A DNA stretch of 55,413 nt from Clostridia bacterium (lineage in GTDB: Bacteria; Bacillota; Clostridia; HGM11514): contig JAZNAU010000050.1 of the NCBI GenBank assembly GCA_045586685.1, positions 1 through 55,413 on the forward strand, given 5' to 3'. The stretch's first letter is position 1; every line of letters starts with the position of its first letter. Positions 22,660 to 33,283 of the stretch are shown here, in pieces. The notes beneath the pieces are model-generated. The model was not told where the DNA came from, did no database searches, and saw only the letters and a program-made list of their open reading frames with translations. A program made the translations under genes and the position numbers.

Positions 22660-22808
22660 GGCGAGAATGGGGCAAAATTTACGAAAATAAAAAAAACACT
22701 TGACAAAAACGGCTAATTATTATAAAATGTATAATGCGTCAGTCTGCGGCAGAGTACCTCTGTCGCAGGCATTGCCGTTTTAAAATCAAGAGCAGGAGCG
22801 AAAAGAAA

Positions 22809-23051
22809 ATGCTGGAAGATTTAAAAACGGGCTCTAAACTGGTAGGGTTAAAACAGTCTACCAGAGCAGTCAGTGAAGAAAAAGCGGTTGCTGCTTTTAT
22901 TGCCCGTGATGCTCAGGATGCAGTGAAAAAACCTTTTGTTGCTTTGTGCGAGGAAAAGGGTGTTCCTGTGGAATGGGTGGATACCATGGTACACTTAGGA
23001 AAAGTGTGCGGTATTGATTTGGGTGCCGCTGTGGCGGTGCTGTTACGTTAG
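22809..23051 (+). CDS. ybxF: L7Ae-like RNA-binding protein YbxF
   Basis: VGLKQSTRAV; IARDA; LGKVCGIDLGAA; conserved position before rpsL; RBS AGGAG. Confidence 0.85.
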   Translation: MLEDLKTGSKLVGLKQSTRAVSEEKAVAAFIARDAQDAVKKPFVALCEEKGVPVEWVDTMVHLGKVCGIDLGAAVAVLLR

Positions 23052-23109
23052 GGAAAAAGCGTGAAAACGCTTTCCATATGATCTATTCTATATACAGGAG
23101 GTGAAACGA

Positions 23110-23526
23110 TTGCCAACCTTTAATCAGTTAGTCAGAAAGGGCAGACAGACTTCTGTCAAGAAATCCACTGCTCCCGCACTGCTCAAGGGTTTTAACAGCT
23201 TGCATAAAAAACCCATTGATCAGAGCTCTCCTCAGAAAAGAGGTGTCTGCACAACGGTTAAAACCATGACTCCTAAAAAGCCGAACTCTGCATTGCGTAA
23301 AGTTGCCAGAGTAAGACTGACCAACGGTGTAGAAGTAACATCCTACATTCCCGGTATCGGTCACAACTTGCAGGAGCATAGCGTTGTTCTGATCCGCGGA
23401 GGAAGAGTAAAGGACTTGCCTGGTGTGCGTTATCACATCATCCGTGGTACATTAGATACCGCCGGTGTTGCAAACAGAAACCAGTCAAGATCAAAGTATG
23501 GTGCAAAGAAAGCGAAGAAAGCGTAA
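23110..23526 (+). CDS. rpsL: 30S ribosomal protein S12
   Basis: PTFNQLVRK; [11 protein letters not shown]; [12 protein letters not shown]; TTG start after AGGAGGTG. Confidence 0.99.
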   Translation: MPTFNQLVRKGRQTSVKKSTAPALLKGFNSLHKKPIDQSSPQKRGVCTTVKTMTPKKPNSALRKVARVRLTNGVEVTSYIPGIGHNLQEHSVVLIRGGRVKDLPGVRYHIIRGTLDTAGVANRNQSRSKYGAKKAKKA

Positions 23527-23676
23527 TTCGTATGTTGTACCGAATGTAATGTTTAGTGCGATGTACGGAATTTTATTATATAGTTTAGTACTTTGCGCTG
23601 ACGGCGGATGTGGCTTTTTGGCGTCACAACCGTTGAGTACCTGTGAACTTTAAAATTTTAAAAGGAGGGAAGTAAA

Positions 23677-24147
23677 GTGCCAAGAAGAGGACATGTACCC
23701 AAGAGAGAGGTTCTGCCCGATCCCCTTTACAACAGTGTTGTTGTAACCAAGCTGATCAACAATATCATGCTGGATGGTAAAAAGGGTGTTGCTCAGAGAA
23801 TCGTATATGACGCATTCGAAATTCTGAAGGAAAAAACAGGAAAGAATCCTCTGGAAGTGTTTGAAGAAGGTTTGGGCAATGTAATGCCTGTACTGGAAGT
23901 AAAAGCCCGCAGAGTCGGCGGTGCTACTTACCAGGTGCCTATTGAAGTAAGACCCGAAAGACGTCAGACCTTAGGTTTGCGTTGGTTAACCATTTTCTCC
24001 AGAAACCGTGGTGAAAGAACCATGAGCGAACGTCTGGCGAACGAATTGCTGGATGCCTGCAATAATGTGGGCGGTGCAGTGAAGAGAAAAGACGAAATGC
24101 ATCGTATGGCAGAAGCAAACAAAGCTTTTGCTCATTTCAGATGGTAG
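23677..24147 (+). CDS. rpsG: 30S ribosomal protein S7
   Basis: MPRRG; [11 protein letters not shown]; [15 protein letters not shown]. Confidence 0.99.
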   Translation: MPRRGHVPKREVLPDPLYNSVVVTKLINNIMLDGKKGVAQRIVYDAFEILKEKTGKNPLEVFEEGLGNVMPVLEVKARRVGGATYQVPIEVRPERRQTLGLRWLTIFSRNRGERTMSERLANELLDACNNVGGAVKRKDEMHRMAEANKAFAHFRW

Positions 24148-24188
24148 TCGTCAGTTAACTTCACCATGCGAAAGGAGGTTTCAGGCAA

Positions 24189-26273
24189 TTGCCTAGAACA
24201 CATACATTAGAAATGACTAGAAATATCGGTATCATGGCGCACATTGATGCCGGTAAAACTACCACCACCGAGCGTATTTTGTTCTATACCGGAAGAAATT
24301 ACAAAATGGGTGAAACCCATGATGGTGGGGCTACTATGGACTGGATGGTGCAGGAACAGGAACGTGGTATTACCATTACTTCTGCTGCGACCACCTGTGA
24401 ATGGAAAAAACACAGAATTAACATTATCGATACACCGGGACACGTTGACTTCACTGTTGAAGTAGAACGTTCTTTGCGTGTATTGGATGGTTCTGTTACT
24501 GTATTCTGTGCAAAGGGTGGCGTTGAGCCCCAGTCCGAAACCGTATGGCGTCAGGCTGATACTTACGGGGTTCCCCGTATGGCTTACGTCAATAAGATGG
24601 ACATCTTAGGTGCGGATTTCTACAATGTTGTAGATATGATGAAGACCCGTCTGAAATGTAATGCAGTACCGATTCAGTTGCCTATCGGAGCTGAAGAATC
24701 CTTTAAGGGAATCATTGACTTGATTACCATGAAGGCGGAAGTGTATTATGATGATCTGGGAAAAGATGTCCGTGAGGAAGAAATTCCGGAAGATATGAGA
24801 GATCAGGCTGAAGAATACCGTGCAGCAATGCTGGAAGCTTTGGCTGATGTTGATGAAACCATTATGGAAAAGGTTCTGGAAGATCAGGAAGTGACAGAAG
24901 AAGAAATTAAAAAAGCTCTTCGTCAAGGAACGGTTACGGTTCAGATTATTCCTGTTCTGTGCGGAACTTCTTACCGTAATAAGGGCGTTCAGATGTTGTT
25001 GGATGCAATCGTAGAATATATGCCCTCTCCGCTGGATATTCCTGCAATTAAGGGTATTCATCCTACGACTGAAGAAGAAGGAGAAAGAAAGGCTTCCGAT
25101 AGCGAACCCTTCTCTGCTCTGGCTTTCAAAATTGCAACCGACCCCTTTGTTGGAAAATTATGCTTCTTCCGTGTGTATTCCGGTTCTTTAGACGCCGGTT
25201 CCACAGTAATCAATACCACTAAGGGTAACAAGGAACGTGTTGGTCGTCTGGTGCAGATGCACGCAAACGACAGACAGGATATTGACACCGTTTATGCCGG
25301 TGACATTGCAGCAGCAATCGGTTTGAAAAATACCACCACAGGGGATACTCTGTGTGCGGAAAACGCACCGATTATTCTGGAATCTATGGAATTCCCGGAT
25401 CCCGTTATCCGTGTTGCGATTGAACCAAAAACCAAAGCGGGTCAAGAAAAGATGGGTATTGCTCTGTCGAAGCTGGCAGAAGAAGACCCCACTTTCAAGA
25501 CATATACAGACGATGAAACCGGACAAACTATTATTGCCGGTATGGGTGAGTTGCATCTGGAAATTATCGTAGACAGATTGTTGCGTGAATTTAAGGTGGA
25601 AGCAAATGTTGGTAAGCCTCAGGTATCTTACAAGGAAACCATCAGAAAGCCCGTCAAAATCGAACACAAATATGCAAGACAGTCCGGTGGTCGTGGTCAG
25701 TACGGTCACGTTTATCTGGAAATCGAACCTCAAGAACCCGGTGCAGGTTATGTATTTGAAAACCAAATTGTGGGTGGTGCTATTCCCAAGGAATATATCC
25801 CCGCTGTTGATGCCGGTGTTCAGGGTGCAATGGAAAGCGGTGTTTTGGCAGGATACAATGTGGTTGACATTAAAGTTACTTTGTTTGACGGTTCTTACCA
25901 CGAAGTTGACTCCTCTGAAATGGCGTTTAAAATTGCCGGTTCTATGGCTTTCAAGGAAGGTTGTAAGAAGGCAGACCCTGTTCTGCTCGAACCTATCATG
26001 AAGGTTGATGTTATTGTTCCCGAAGAATACATGGGCGACGTTATGGGTGATTTAAACTCCCGCCGCGGCCAGATTCAGGGAATGGAAGCTCGTCAGGGTG
26101 CTCAGGCAATTTCTGCTATGGTTCCCCTGTCCGAAATGTTCGGTTATGCAACAGAATTGCGTTCCAGAACACAGGGTCGTGGTCAATATACCATGTTCCC
26201 CTCTCATTATTCCGAAGTGCCTAAGAGCATTCAGGAAGAAATTATGAAAAATCGTAATAAATCTGAAGAATAA
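24189..26273 (+). CDS. fusA: Elongation factor G
   Basis: [12 protein letters not shown]; RGITITSA; DTPGHVDF; GMGELHLE. Confidence 0.99.
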   Translation: MPRTHTLEMTRNIGIMAHIDAGKTTTTERILFYTGRNYKMGETHDGGATMDWMVQEQERGITITSAATTCEWKKHRINIIDTPGHVDFTVEVERSLRVLDGSVTVFCAKGGVEPQSETVWRQADTYGVPRMAYVNKMDILGADFYNVVDMMKTRLKCNAVPIQLPIGAEESFKGIIDLITMKAEVYYDDLGKDVREEEIPEDMRDQAEEYRAAMLEALADVDETIMEKVLEDQEVTEEEIKKALRQGTVTVQIIPVLCGTSYRNKGVQMLLDAIVEYMPSPLDIPAIKGIHPTTEEEGERKASDSEPFSALAFKIATDPFVGKLCFFRVYSGSLDAGSTVINTTKGNKERVGRLVQMHANDRQDIDTVYAGDIAAAIGLKNTTTGDTLCAENAPIILESMEFPDPVIRVAIEPKTKAGQEKMGIALSKLAEEDPTFKTYTDDETGQTIIAGMGELHLEIIVDRLLREFKVEANVGKPQVSYKETIRKPVKIEHKYARQSGGRGQYGHVYLEIEPQEPGAGYVFENQIVGGAIPKEYIPAVDAGVQGAMESGVLAGYNVVDIKVTLFDGSYHEVDSSEMAFKIAGSMAFKEGCKKADPVLLEPIMKVDVIVPEEYMGDVMGDLNSRRGQIQGMEARQGAQAISAMVPLSEMFGYATELRSRTQGRGQYTMFPSHYSEVPKSIQEEIMKNRNKSEE

Positions 26274-26359
26274 TTTTTCAGAAAACTATTGATTTTTCTC
26301 TTAATTTATAGTAAAATAAAAGTAATCAAATTTTAAAACCGAAAGGGAGGATTTTAAAA

Positions 26360-27562
26360 ATGGCTAAAGAGAAATTTGAAAGAAGTAAGCCCCATGTAAA
26401 TATTGGGACTATCGGTCACGTTGACCATGGTAAGACTACTTTGACTGCTGCTATTACTAAGGTTCTGGGTCTGTCCGGAAAAGCAGAATTCAAAGCATAC
26501 GATCAGATTGACGGTGCACCTGAAGAAAGAGAAAGAGGTATTACTATCTCTACCGCTCACGTTGAGTATGAAACTGACAATCGTCACTATGCTCACGTTG
26601 ACTGCCCTGGCCACGCCGACTATGTTAAGAACATGATTACCGGTGCTGCTCAGATGGACGGTGCTATTCTGGTTTGTTCTGCAGCTGATGGTCCTATGCC
26701 TCAGACTCGTGAACACATCCTGCTGTCCCGTCAGGTTGGCGTACCCTATATCGTAGTATTCATGAACAAGGCTGACCAGGTTGATGACCCTGAACTGCTT
26801 GAACTGGTTGAAATGGAAATCCGTGACCTGTTGAACGAATATGAGTTCCCTGGAGACGATATTCCGATTATCGTAGGTTCTGCTCTGGCTGCACTGGAAT
26901 CTTCTGCAACTGATTCTTCTGCTCCTGAATATGAACCCATCATGAAGCTGATGGCTGCAGTTGACGAGTACATTCCTACTCCTGAACGTAAGACTGACCT
27001 GCCCTTCTTGATGCCTGTGGAAGACGTATTCTCCATCACCGGTCGTGGTACTGTTGCTACCGGTAGAGTTGAAAGAGGTACTCTGAAGGTTTCTGACGAA
27101 GTTGAAATCGTTGGTCTGGTTGACGAAGCTCGTAAGGTTGTTGTTACCGGTATCGAAATGTTCAGAAAACTGTTGGATCAGGCTGAAGCTGGTGATAACA
27201 TCGGTGCACTGCTCCGTGGTGTTCAGAGAAATGAAATTGAAAGAGGTCAGGTTCTGGCTAAACCCGGATCCATCAATCCTCACACTGCTTTCTCCGGCGA
27301 AATCTACGTTCTGACCAAGGATGAAGGCGGACGTCATACTCCTTTCTTCAACAACTACAGACCTCAGTTCTATTTCAGAACAACTGACGTTACCGGCGTT
27401 ATTTCTCTGCCTGACGGCGTTGAAATGTGTATGCCTGGCGATAACGTAACCATCAATGTTGAATTGATTACTCCTATCGCTATTGAAGAAGGTTTGAGAT
27501 TCGCTATCCGCGAAGGCGGAAGAACCGTAGGATCCGGTGTTGTATCTTCTATCGCAAAATAA
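26360..27562 (+). CDS. tuf: Elongation factor Tu
   Basis: GHVDHGKTT; [15 protein letters not shown]; [11 protein letters not shown]. Confidence 0.99.
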   Translation: MAKEKFERSKPHVNIGTIGHVDHGKTTLTAAITKVLGLSGKAEFKAYDQIDGAPEERERGITISTAHVEYETDNRHYAHVDCPGHADYVKNMITGAAQMDGAILVCSAADGPMPQTREHILLSRQVGVPYIVVFMNKADQVDDPELLELVEMEIRDLLNEYEFPGDDIPIIVGSALAALESSATDSSAPEYEPIMKLMAAVDEYIPTPERKTDLPFLMPVEDVFSITGRGTVATGRVERGTLKVSDEVEIVGLVDEARKVVVTGIEMFRKLLDQAEAGDNIGALLRGVQRNEIERGQVLAKPGSINPHTAFSGEIYVLTKDEGGRHTPFFNNYRPQFYFRTTDVTGVISLPDGVEMCMPGDNVTINVELITPIAIEEGLRFAIREGGRTVGSGVVSSIAK

Positions 27563-27580
27563 TAAGGATTGAATCCTTGC

Positions 27581-27611
27581 AAAAGAGAGAGGTTTTCCTC
27601 TCTCTTTTTTT
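27581..27611 (+). terminator. Intrinsic terminator after tuf
   Basis: AAAAGAGAGAGG-tttt-CCTCTCTCTTTTTTT. Confidence 0.85.
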
Positions 27612-27911
27612 GTATAACGAAAACCGTGCGATAGTTCGCGTGGTGCAAAAAAGGTTAACCCATAAACAAAAATGAAACAGATAGATGTAAAGAATATAAG
27701 TAATATATCAAAATAAAAAGTTTACTATTGTTTTTCAGTGTGCAAAACAGGGAGGTGTTGTTCATACTTTTCGTTTTGTATGCCCTGTCGGGCGGGCCTG
27801 CTTTTGTGAGACAAAAGTAGCAATAAATATCCCCCCGTTATACGGGGGATATTTTGTATAAAAATTTCAATTTTACGTACAATAACAAAAAGCAATGTTA
27901 GGAAGTTGGCT

Positions 27912-28349
27912 ATGAACACAATTGTTTTGGCAGATACGGATTCTGCGACAGAAATTTTTAATGCGGTTTGTGATTTTGTTGTCCCAATCAGACAAAATCG
28001 AGAACAAATTTTTTTGAAGGATGATCTGTTAGTTTCCACAAATTTTCGTGATATGGATCCACAATCTGTTTTATTGGTGAACGGGGATGTTCCTTTGGAA
28101 ATTGATCCTCACCTGACTCAAAGCCATCCGGTTATTACGTACGGATGTAACCCTAAAGCCACTGTTACCGCCTCAAGTATTTGCGAGAATCAGTTAATGT
28201 GTTGTGTCCAGAGACCCTTGACCCTAAAAGGCTTTGGGGCAGTTCTGCCTCAGGAAATTGCAGTGACAACCGGAAATTATTCTGTTTCCTCTCTTTTAGC
28301 TGCAATTTGTATTTTATTGTTATCTTTTGGCGAATCCTTTTTTTCTTAA
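27912..28349 (+). CDS. Conserved hypothetical protein (Mur-ligase-fragment-like, ITYG.NPKATVTASS)
   Basis: LVNGD..VITYGCNPKATVTASSI..CCVQR..PQEI motif; open ORF upstream of the ssb-like gene. Confidence 0.6.
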   Translation: MNTIVLADTDSATEIFNAVCDFVVPIRQNREQIFLKDDLLVSTNFRDMDPQSVLLVNGDVPLEIDPHLTQSHPVITYGCNPKATVTASSICENQLMCCVQRPLTLKGFGAVLPQEIAVTTGNYSVSSLLAAICILLLSFGESFFS

Positions 28350-28354
28350 AATTG

Positions 28355-28383
28355 GAATAAATCTTGTCTCTCTTGCATATATA
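28355..28383 (+). promoter_or_regulatory. sigma-E-like promoter
   Basis: GAATAAA-14 nt-CATATATA, the same spacing as the 9761 site. Confidence 0.5.
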
Positions 28384-28426
28384 AAGTAAAGGAAATGGTA
28401 ATATTTTACAAAGAGGTGGTTAAAAA

Positions 28427-29074
28427 ATGGAACAAAGCATTCCAGAAAACAACGAAGTAAGAGTATTAGGAAAGATTGAAACACCATTGCAATTTAGTCA
28501 TGAGGTGTACGGAGAAGGGTTTTATTCCTTCGTACTAAACGTGAAACGATTGAGTAATATTTCAGACTATATTCTGGTTACCATATCGGAACGGCTCCTC
28601 AGCGGTGTTTCTATGGAGATTGGGAATTTTGTGGAAATCAACGGTCAATTTCGTTCTTATAATAACTATAATAACAACGAACGAAAGCTAATTCTCACTG
28701 TATTTGCCAAGGATTTAATTCCTGTCGGTCAAGATGATGCATCAAAAAATCTAAATTACATTTTTCTCAACGGGTTTGTATGCAAGCCTCCTGCTTATCG
28801 GACAACGCCCTTTGGACGGGAGATTACAGATTTGCTGTTAGCAGTAAACCGGCAGTATAACAAGTCGGATTACATTCCTTGTATTGCCTGGGGGCGTAAC
28901 GCGAGGTTTGCCTCAGAGTTGACGGTTGGCAGTAATATTAAAATCTGGGGACGGGTACAAAGCCGTGAATACCAAAAAAAAATTAGCGAAAATGAGTTAA
29001 TTAACAAAACAGCCTATGAAATTTCAATTTCTAAAATGGAAGAGGGCGTAAAAGAAGAGGAACAGGCGAATTGA
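28427..29074 (+). CDS. Tandem-OB single-stranded DNA-binding protein (SSB/PriB-like)
   Basis: Two OB halves (VKRLS..DYI..GQFRSYN and RTTPFGREITD..SDYIPCIAWGRNA..GRVQSREY); no SSB acidic DDIPF tail. Confidence 0.85.
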   Translation: MEQSIPENNEVRVLGKIETPLQFSHEVYGEGFYSFVLNVKRLSNISDYILVTISERLLSGVSMEIGNFVEINGQFRSYNNYNNNERKLILTVFAKDLIPVGQDDASKNLNYIFLNGFVCKPPAYRTTPFGREITDLLLAVNRQYNKSDYIPCIAWGRNARFASELTVGSNIKIWGRVQSREYQKKISENELINKTAYEISISKMEEGVKEEEQAN

Positions 29075-29184
29075 CAAAAGGGAACAAGATGTTTTAAACT
29101 TAATTGTTTCGGTTAATAATTTTTTTGAAATGAAGAGAGGGAGAACCTCTCTTTTTTTAAGCTATCAATACAATAAAAAAATTG

Positions 29185-29213
29185 TTGACGAAAGGGGAAA
29201 AATGCGGTATAAT
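29185..29213 (+). promoter_or_regulatory. sigma-A promoter upstream of the glycine riboswitch
   Basis: TTGACG-17 nt-TATAAT. Confidence 0.75.
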
Positions 29214-29235
29214 GGTATTGATAACAAAATAAAAT

Positions 29236-29412
29236 CAGATGAAATTTGCAGGAAATTAGGCGGATGCCTTTCCGAAGGAGTAACACTCTCAGGTTCCTTA
29301 TGGTGGTAAGGAAGGACTGTGAATGGATGATGAATCTGGAGAATCCCGGCTTTGAACGGGTGCCGAAGGTGCAAGGCGGAATGCTAATCTCTCAGGCAAA
29401 AGGACAGAGGAA
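29236..29412 (+). ncRNA. Tandem glycine riboswitch
   Basis: Two aptamers: GCAGGAAA..CCGAAGGAGTAACACTCTCAGG..GGACTGT and CTGGAGA..CCGAAGGTGCAA..CTCTCAGGCAAAAGGACAG; lies upstream of an Ala/Gly symporter. Confidence 0.9.
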
Positions 29413-29513
29413 AACGATAGCCTTCGGGCTTATTTTGTCTTAGAGAGCATTGCGGAATCGCAATGCTTTTTTGCATTATGTTATCCAAAATTATATTTTT
29501 AGGAGGCGTTTTT

Positions 29514-31313
29514 ATGTTGGACATGATTGCTAAAGTGAATGGGGCAATCAACGGAGTGGTGTGGGGGATTCCCATGCTGATTCTGATTATCGGAACAGGG
29601 ATTATCATGACCTGTCTGACCAAATTTTTTCAGATTACCCGTGCAAAGCATGTGGTAAAAGAAACGGTAGGCGGAATTTTTACCAAAGAGGATGTGAGGA
29701 AAAATAAAGATATCAAATCTTTTTCTCAGTTTCAATCTTTGTGTACTGCTTTGGCGGCTACTATCGGAACGGGAAACATTGCCGGTGTTGCCACTGCCAT
29801 TGCAGTAGGGGGACCGGGTGCGGTGTTCTGGATGTGGTTATCTGCCTTTTTCGGTATGATGACCAATTTTTCACAAAATGTATTGGGCATTTATTACAGA
29901 CGAAAAAATAAAGACGGAGAATGGTCCGGCGGTGCCATGTACTATCTTCGTGACGGTCTTGGCAGTAAAAAGGGCGGTAAACACATTGGTAAAATTTTAG
30001 CGGTACTGTTTTGTGTTTTCTGCATAATGGCATCCTTCGGTATTGGAAATATGACTCAGGTGAATACCATTGCTTCTGCTATGAAGGTTAATTTTGCAAT
30101 CCCTGTGGTTGTTACGGGTGTCATTTTGGCGGTGATTGCAGCCTTGGTACTGGTGGGCGGAAACAAAAGAATCGGTCAGACAACGGAACGATTGGTTCCC
30201 TTTATGGCACTGTTTTATATTGCGGGCGCTTTGATTATTTTCTTTATGAATATTGAGCAGGTACCCTACATTTTCACCAGTATCTTTAAAAACGCCTTTA
30301 ATTTTACATCCATTGCAGGTGCAGGAAGCGGTCTGGTCATCAAAAAAGCAATGACCATGGGATTTAAGAGAGGCGTGTTCTCCAACGAAGCTGGGTTGGG
30401 TTCTTCTGTTATGGTTCACTCTGCATCTAATGTAAAGGAACCGGTTACCCAAGGTATATGGGGTATTTTCGAAGTGTTTATGGACACTATCATTGTTTGT
30501 ACTTTGACGGCGTTTGTTCTGTTGTCATCTACCTGTACCTCTGTTCCTTTTGAGCAGGCATTGGCGGGACTGACAAAGGAAACCCAATATGTAAGTATTT
30601 ATAATTTAGATGATTTTAAAACAGAGAAAAATATTCCTCTCATGGACGTGACTAGCAATCCCATTTTAGAATTGGCGAATGCGGGGGATGAAACAGACCG
30701 AACTTATAACGTTATTCCCAAGGAAGGAAAGCCCTTTACAGTCGCTTTGAAAAAGGATGACCCCTCGGACGATTCCAATTATGTTTATACCAACGTTATG
30801 GCAATCAGAGGAGTATCCTTAAATGATGCGGGCGAAGAAGTGAAGGACGGAGAAATCAATGCCGTTTCCATTGAACAGGTGGAGGGTGTTCCGCTGGTTA
30901 CATATGCCTTTTCTCAACGGTTTGGCGGATGGGCAGGTATGGTGCTTGCTATCGCAATTTTATTGTTCGCTTTTTCTACGGTGCTGGGTTGGTCCTATTA
31001 CGGAACAAAGGCTTGGGAATATCTATTTGGCATCAAATCTACAGTGTTCTATAAACTTGTGTTCGTTCTGTTTATCATTGTAGGGGCAACTATGAATCTT
31101 CAGCTTGCCTGGGATATTTCGGATACCTTTAATGCACTCATGGCAATTCCCAACTTAATCGGTCTGTTGGCGTTGTCTGGTACAGTTGCCAAGATTACCA
31201 AAAACTATGTAAACAGAAAGTTTAAAAACTCTGAAGAAGAACCCATTCTTTCTGCCTTCCCTGATATTCAGGCAATGCAGTTAGAAAAAATGAAAGAAGA
31301 CGGGGAAATATAA
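29514..31313 (+). CDS. Alanine/glycine:cation symporter (AGCS) with a large loop insertion
   Basis: ALAATIGTGNIAGV; GGPGAVFWMW; RGVFSNEAGLGS; FAFSTVLGWSYYG; MAIPNLIG; RBS AGGAGG. Confidence 0.93.
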   Translation: MLDMIAKVNGAINGVVWGIPMLILIIGTGIIMTCLTKFFQITRAKHVVKETVGGIFTKEDVRKNKDIKSFSQFQSLCTALAATIGTGNIAGVATAIAVGGPGAVFWMWLSAFFGMMTNFSQNVLGIYYRRKNKDGEWSGGAMYYLRDGLGSKKGGKHIGKILAVLFCVFCIMASFGIGNMTQVNTIASAMKVNFAIPVVVTGVILAVIAALVLVGGNKRIGQTTERLVPFMALFYIAGALIIFFMNIEQVPYIFTSIFKNAFNFTSIAGAGSGLVIKKAMTMGFKRGVFSNEAGLGSSVMVHSASNVKEPVTQGIWGIFEVFMDTIIVCTLTAFVLLSSTCTSVPFEQALAGLTKETQYVSIYNLDDFKTEKNIPLMDVTSNPILELANAGDETDRTYNVIPKEGKPFTVALKKDDPSDDSNYVYTNVMAIRGVSLNDAGEEVKDGEINAVSIEQVEGVPLVTYAFSQRFGGWAGMVLAIAILLFAFSTVLGWSYYGTKAWEYLFGIKSTVFYKLVFVLFIIVGATMNLQLAWDISDTFNALMAIPNLIGLLALSGTVAKITKNYVNRKFKNSEEEPILSAFPDIQAMQLEKMKEDGEI

Positions 31314-31350
31314 AAAAGTCGGGCGACTTATTTGGTCGCCCGACTTTTTT
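31312..31350. terminator. Bidirectional terminator
   Basis: AAAAAAGTCGGGCGAC-ttatttg-GTCGCCCGACTTTTTT between convergent genes. Confidence 0.85.
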
Positions 31351-33175
31351 ATTGTTCTTTACAGAAATACTGGTCATACCACAGTAGGAAGGAAAAGACG
31401 GTCCATATTTTACGACTGTTGTCCTTTTTGCCTGCTTTGTGCTCATCAAGAAGCTTTACCAATTCCTCGGTATGGAAGAACTGTTGTGCATTTTCGTTTG
31501 TGAGCTGTTCCTTCATGTAAGAATAGTATTTTTCTTCCTTAAGCCATACACGAATGGGAACAGGGAAACCCAGCTTTTTCTTGTTGGCAGTTTCGGGAGG
31601 CATTGCCCGAAGTGCCGCCTTTCTCATTGCCACCTTGGAGTTTTCGGTAGTCACTCTGTAGCGGTAGGGAATTTTTCCGGCAAGATTCATAATTTCTTTA
31701 TCTAAGAAAGGAACCCGAAGCTCTAATGAATGGGCCATGCTCATTTTGTCAGCTTTAAGAAGAATATCTCCTGCCATCCACATATGAATATCCAAGTACT
31801 GCATCTTGGTCACATCATCTTTATCTTTGACCTTATCGTAATAATGCTTGGTTAATTCCCTTGGGTTGGGAGCATCTGTTTTGATTTTCAACAGTTTTTT
31901 TCTGTCTTTTACGCTGAACATATTGGCATTTCCGATAAACCAACGTTCCACATCTCCCCCTCTGACAAAGAAGTTAATACCATGAACAGGGGGCAACAGA
32001 GAGGCGATTCGATTGATTGCGTTTCTGAACCATCTGGGCAGTTTGCGGAAAGAGGCGGTATGAGCGGGCACCTGATAAATGGTATATCCCCCAAACAATT
32101 CGTCTGCTCCCTCTCCTGATAATACAACCTTCACATGCTCCGATGCAATCTGACACACGAAATAAAGTGCCACTGCTGCGGGGTCAGCAAGGGGTTCATC
32201 CATCTGATACTGAACTTTTGGAAGCACTTCCCAATATTCTTCAGGCGTAATCACCTTGCTAATGTTTTCTACATCTATATATTTTGCTAAATTCTTTGCA
32301 TAGCCAATTTCGTTATACTGCTCGTCTCCAAAGCCTACGGTAAAGGTTTTGTCCACATTGGCACGACATGCAACGTAGCTTGAATCCACACCGCTTGATA
32401 GAAAAGAACCAACCTCAACATCACTGATTTTATGGGCTTCTACCGAATCGTCAAACTCTTTGCTGATGCGGTCAACCCATTCTTCTTCTGTCACCGATTC
32501 TTCTGCTTCGAATACAGGCTCCCAGTACCGCTTGATTTCCATTTCCCCATTCTTGTAAAGGAAATAGTGGGCGGGCTGTAATTTATACACACCCTCAAAA
32601 AAGCTTTCAGGTCCGGGAGAATACTGGAAGGATAAATATTGCTCCAATGCTCTCGAATTTAATTTCTTTTTAAAAGAGGGGTGGGCTAAGAAGGACTTAA
32701 TTTCTGAACCGAACAGCAAGCTATCCCCCATTTTTGCATAATACATGGGTTTGATTCCGAAAAAGTCACGAACGCCAAACAACTCTTTTTTCTCTTTATC
32801 CCAAATTATAAAGGCAAACATTCCACGAAGCTTTCCTAATAATTCTGTACCGTATTCTTCGTAACCGTGTAACAATACTTCCGAGTCGGTTTCTGTGGTA
32901 AAAGTATGCCCTTTTGCAATCAATTCCTCCCGCAAAGGCTTATAATTATAAATTTCACCATTAAAAATCAAAACCTTTGTATTGTCTTCATTATAAAGGG
33001 GTTGACTCCCGTGGTCCAAATCAATAATACTGAGTCTGCGAAAGCCTAAAGCAATATGCTCGTCCACATACTGCCCGTCTGCATCGGGACCGCGGTGAAT
33101 AATTTTATTCATCATACATTCCAATACGTTGCCTTGATCTCCGATTTCATTCGTAAATCCTACAAAACCGCACAT
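31349..33175 (-). CDS. asnB: Asparagine synthase (glutamine-hydrolysing) / amidotransferase
   Basis: N-terminal MCG; HRGPD; FNGEIYN; LSSGVDSS; SGEGADELFGGY; ELRVPFLD. Confidence 0.95.
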   Translation of the reverse strand: MCGFVGFTNEIGDQGNVLECMMNKIIHRGPDADGQYVDEHIALGFRRLSIIDLDHGSQPLYNEDNTKVLIFNGEIYNYKPLREELIAKGHTFTTETDSEVLLHGYEEYGTELLGKLRGMFAFIIWDKEKKELFGVRDFFGIKPMYYAKMGDSLLFGSEIKSFLAHPSFKKKLNSRALEQYLSFQYSPGPESFFEGVYKLQPAHYFLYKNGEMEIKRYWEPVFEAEESVTEEEWVDRISKEFDDSVEAHKISDVEVGSFLSSGVDSSYVACRANVDKTFTVGFGDEQYNEIGYAKNLAKYIDVENISKVITPEEYWEVLPKVQYQMDEPLADPAAVALYFVCQIASEHVKVVLSGEGADELFGGYTIYQVPAHTASFRKLPRWFRNAINRIASLLPPVHGINFFVRGGDVERWFIGNANMFSVKDRKKLLKIKTDAPNPRELTKHYYDKVKDKDDVTKMQYLDIHMWMAGDILLKADKMSMAHSLELRVPFLDKEIMNLAGKIPYRYRVTTENSKVAMRKAALRAMPPETANKKKLGFPVPIRVWLKEEKYYSYMKEQLTNENAQQFFHTEELVKLLDEHKAGKKDNSRKIWTVFSFLLWYDQYFCKEQ

Positions 33176-33283
33176 GTTTTTTCATCCTTCCGTGCAATAT
33201 CATTCTTTATTATTATATCATGGAACAGGGGAAAAGGCAAGGAATTTTTCAAAACTACAGTCTTTACACCCTTGAATTTTTTC

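Noticed and set aside
26354-27337. 327-aa antisense ORF over tuf, and similar ORFs opposite fusA, rpoB and rpoC
   Set aside because: Shadow ORFs produced by the codon bias of highly expressed genes; no RBS or recognisable motifs.
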